Positions 61,245 through 64,000 of a DNA stretch of 64,000 bases are shown one piece after another; the stretch's first letter is position 1; the number at the start of each line of letters is the position of its first letter. Made by a program: the position numbers and the translations under genes. This DNA is from an uncultured Acinetobacter sp. (GTDB taxonomy: Bacteria > Pseudomonadota > Gammaproteobacteria > Pseudomonadales > Moraxellaceae). The notes under the pieces are model-generated. The model was given only the letters and a program-made list of their open reading frames with translations, was not told where the DNA came from and searched no databases. The DNA is taken from the NCBI RefSeq assembly GCF_947626835.1, contig NZ_CANQTS010000008.1, positions 1,039 through 65,038 of the forward strand. The letters run 5' to 3'.

Positions 61245-62102
61245 TTATGGCTTTGCCTTGGTTCCTGTTGCAATGCTTTTGTCATTTGTAGTTACAACAA
61301 AATGACCATTTACAATACTCGGTGCCGCTGAATGTTGCCATTGAATGGCTAAACCATTGCGGTAGCGTAAATCAATGGATGACATTTTTTGCCACACCGG
61401 CTTAAAATCAGTTTGTGCCAAATGACTTAAACGTTGCAACTTACTCATGGTTTGATCTTGATCGACAATGACGCGTAGACCCGAATCAAACTGCATAAAC
61501 CAGGTCATGCGGTCTGTTAAATATAATTCTTTGAGACGCAAATTCACTGGTAGGAATAATTGATTAATTTCATTATAACGACGCATCATCATCTCAGACT
61601 GATGCACCGGACCATGTAATAAAGGCAGATGTTGATAGTTTTTTGCATCAACTTCACTAAACACCACACCACTATCACTGAGCAGTCGTCCTGTACCCCA
61701 ACGTGCAATGGGATGACGTGGCATCACACGCACACGAATGGCATTAGGCCATGCACGTGACACCACCACACGCTCAACCCACGACAACTCTAAAGTACGA
61801 TCACGCACCACCCCAAGGTCAGAGGTAAAATAATTTTTGGTGATTACCGGTGCAACATGTTGCACCACTTTACTACTTTCAGCACCTGAACGTGTACCTA
61901 CGACATCTAATTTAGCCACCTGTGCATCAGTCATTAGGTTATATAATGCATAGATGCCCACTGCCAATACAGCGCATGCAATCACCAATAATAACCAACC
62001 ACCCCAATGTGCAAGCTTTTCTTGCTTGGTCGGTGGCTTGTCATGAATAGAGGTAATCGCCTTGTTGCGTTTACGCCGCATTGCAGCAGGAAGTTGGACC
62101 AT
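61245..62102 (-). CDS. ftsQ: Cell division protein FtsQ
   Basis: Single TM, POTRA (VSRAWPN), IDLRY. Confidence 0.95.
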   Translation of the reverse strand: MVQLPAAMRRKRNKAITSIHDKPPTKQEKLAHWGGWLLLVIACAVLAVGIYALYNLMTDAQVAKLDVVGTRSGAESSKVVQHVAPVITKNYFTSDLGVVRDRTLELSWVERVVVSRAWPNAIRVRVMPRHPIARWGTGRLLSDSGVVFSEVDAKNYQHLPLLHGPVHQSEMMMRRYNEINQLFLPVNLRLKELYLTDRMTWFMQFDSGLRVIVDQDQTMSKLQRLSHLAQTDFKPVWQKMSSIDLRYRNGLAIQWQHSAAPSIVNGHFVVTTNDKSIATGTKAKP

Positions 62103-62105
62103 GAT

Positions 62106-63035
62106 TTAGTGAGCCACATCCGTTAAAGTTTGCTCTAAAATCGCAACACACAATTCATCAAAATTATAACCGACGGCTTGGGCTGCTTTTGGCACTAAAG
62201 AATGACTGGTCATCCCCGGCACGGTATTGACTTCAAGTAACCAAAAATTACCTTGTTCATCCTGCATGGCATCAATACGTCCCCAACCGCTTGCACCAAC
62301 TGCTTGGAAAGCACGTAAGCTTAATGCTTGTAGGCGTTGTTCTTCTTCTGGGCTTAAACCACATGGAATGCCGTATTCTACATCATTACGCTGATATTTC
62401 GCTTCATAATCGTAAAATGCAACATCTGCTGGTGGTTGTAAACGAATCACAGGCAATGCCTGACCATTGAGCATGACGATAGTAAATTCACGCCCAGTAA
62501 TCCATTTTTCTGCCATTACAATCGCATCGTGTTCAGTGGCTTTGGCAAGAGCAGCTGCAAAATCTTCAATTTTCTCGACTTTGCTCATCCCAATACTTGA
62601 ACCTTCATGTACCGGTTTGATAATAAATGGCAAACCAATCGAAGCTACAACTTCATCTAAATTAGAATCTTTACTGACAATACGATAAGGCGCTGTTGGC
62701 AGTTCAGAACCCTGCCAAATTTGCTTAGTTTTTACCTTGTCCATACCAATGGCTGAACCTTGCACACCTGTACCGGTATAAGGAACATTTAACCATTCCA
62801 ATGTACCTTGGATTTGACCATCCTCACCGCCACGTCCATGCAAAACAATAAAGGCACGATCATAGCCGACTAATTCGGTCACGCTACGTTGTTGTGGATC
62901 AAACGCTTCTGCATCTACACCTGAGCGTAATAATGACTCAAGCACAGCATGACCACTATCGAGCGACACTTGACGCTCTGCTGAGTTCCCACCAAATAAC
63001 ACGGCTACTTTGCCGAATTTTGCAACATCTAACAC
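62106..63035 (-). CDS. ddl: D-alanine--D-alanine ligase
   Basis: GG.SAERQVSL, LHGRGGEDG, EGSSIG, EVNTVPGMT. GTG start with AAGGA RBS. Confidence 0.96.
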   Translation of the reverse strand: MLDVAKFGKVAVLFGGNSAERQVSLDSGHAVLESLLRSGVDAEAFDPQQRSVTELVGYDRAFIVLHGRGGEDGQIQGTLEWLNVPYTGTGVQGSAIGMDKVKTKQIWQGSELPTAPYRIVSKDSNLDEVVASIGLPFIIKPVHEGSSIGMSKVEKIEDFAAALAKATEHDAIVMAEKWITGREFTIVMLNGQALPVIRLQPPADVAFYDYEAKYQRNDVEYGIPCGLSPEEEQRLQALSLRAFQAVGASGWGRIDAMQDEQGNFWLLEVNTVPGMTSHSLVPKAAQAVGYNFDELCVAILEQTLTDVAH

Positions 63036-63091
63036 GCTAATATCCTTAAAATCTTTAGTACAGCTTTTAATCAAATCTAATCGCAAGCAAA

Positions 63092-64000
63092 TTATTTTAA
63101 ATACAGATGATTTTGCGCTAACTCGACTGAAATCCCACCCACATTACCTGCGCCTTGGGTTAATAACAAGTCATTTGCTTGTAACACTTTTTGCAATGCA
63201 TTTTGCAGGTTGCCTTCTACAGGATCAATCAAAATTGGCTCAACATCACCACGTAAACGGATACTGCGCGCTAAGGCACGACTGTCTGCACCGACAATTG
63301 GTTTTTCACCTGCACTATAAACTTCAAGGAGTAACAATTGGTCAACTTGCGACAAAACGTCGACAAAATCGTCAAAGCAGTCACGCGTACGGCTATAACG
63401 ATGTGGCTGGAACATCATCACTAAACGACGATCTGGATGGCTTTGGCGCGCGGCTTTAATAGTCGCTTCAACTTCTTTTGGATGATGACCATAATCATCC
63501 ACCAATTTTACATCACCGCCAGCAACTTCAAACTGACCTTGGACTTGAAAGCGACGACCTACACCGCTAAAGCTCTCTAGGGCACGGCAAATTGCACCAT
63601 CGGATACACCTTCATCGGTGGCAATACCAATCGCTGCTAAAGAATTGAGGATATTGTGCGCACCCGGCATATTAATGGTGACACGTAATGGCTCACGATC
63701 TTTACGAAGTACAGTAAAATGTGATTGCATGCCATCTTGTTCAACATCAACAGCACGAATGTCATTGTCTTCGTTAAAACCATAGGTTAAAACTGGACGA
63801 CCAATACGCGGCATAATTTCACGTACGTTGGCATCATCGCCACACACTACAGCTAAACCATAAAAAGGGAGCTTTTGTAAGAAGGTGACAAACGTGTCTT
63901 TAAGTACATCAAAGCTACCGCCATAGGTATCCATATGGTCGGCATCAATGTTAGTCACAATGGCAGCCATTGGCTGTAAATGTAAGAAAGTGGCATCTGA
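63092..64000 (-). CDS. murC: UDP-N-acetylmuramate--L-alanine ligase, 5'-truncated by the window edge
   Basis: [34 protein letters not shown]; the frame continues past 64000. Confidence 0.97.
   Translation of the reverse strand, partial: SDATFLHLQPMAAIVTNIDADHMDTYGGSFDVLKDTFVTFLQKLPFYGLAVVCGDDANVREIMPRIGRPVLTYGFNEDNDIRAVDVEQDGMQSHFTVLRKDREPLRVTINMPGAHNILNSLAAIGIATDEGVSDGAICRALESFSGVGRRFQVQGQFEVAGGDVKLVDDYGHHPKEVEATIKAARQSHPDRRLVMMFQPHRYSRTRDCFDDFVDVLSQVDQLLLLEVYSAGEKPIVGADSRALARSIRLRGDVEPILIDPVEGNLQNALQKVLQANDLLLTQGAGNVGGISVELAQNHLYLK

Overview
Acinetobacter-type chromosomal window, judged from gene order, Omp33-36/Omp25 porins and codon style. Bases 1 to about 9600 are the right-hand end of an AT-rich genomic island (about 30% GC in a hand-counted sample, versus about 43% in uvrA) inserted just downstream of ssb. 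Its mobility module is four translationally coupled genes: three tyrosine recombinases plus a small coiled-coil protein, matching the GInt (ginABCD) architecture. The junction carries two copies of an AAATACAAT-N7/8-ATTGTATA dyad around a terminator. The visible cargo is a 453-aa protein with a possible restriction-endonuclease fold and a coupled operon of GNAT acetyltransferase, HTH-less ImmA/IrrE Zn-peptidase and a phage-P4 Beta-family protein. The Beta ORF runs off the window edge and is missing from the ORF track. This operon is the best candidate for an undescribed anti-phage or toxin system. The rest is mostly core genome: ssb, MFS, DUF475, tenA, uvrA, an aromatic-acid MFS, a diguanylate cyclase, omp33, actP with CrbS/CrbR, msuE-sfnG and an SfnB-like sulfur-scavenging gene, MscS, rsmE, waaA, two tandem old yellow enzymes with an ArsR regulator, frameshifted prfB, omp25, recJ-pdxH-glmM, guaB, an ODP di-iron protein, a yybP-ykoY riboswitch with a TMEM165 exporter, aceEF, and the distal dcw cluster (murC-ddl-ftsQAZ-lpxC). 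Smaller signals include two candidate sRNAs upstream of omp33, a stop-interrupted stand-alone Hint gene, and candidate CrbR and ArsR operators. No tRNA, rRNA, CRISPR array or IS element was recognised. All family assignments come from motif recognition and recall, not database searches.
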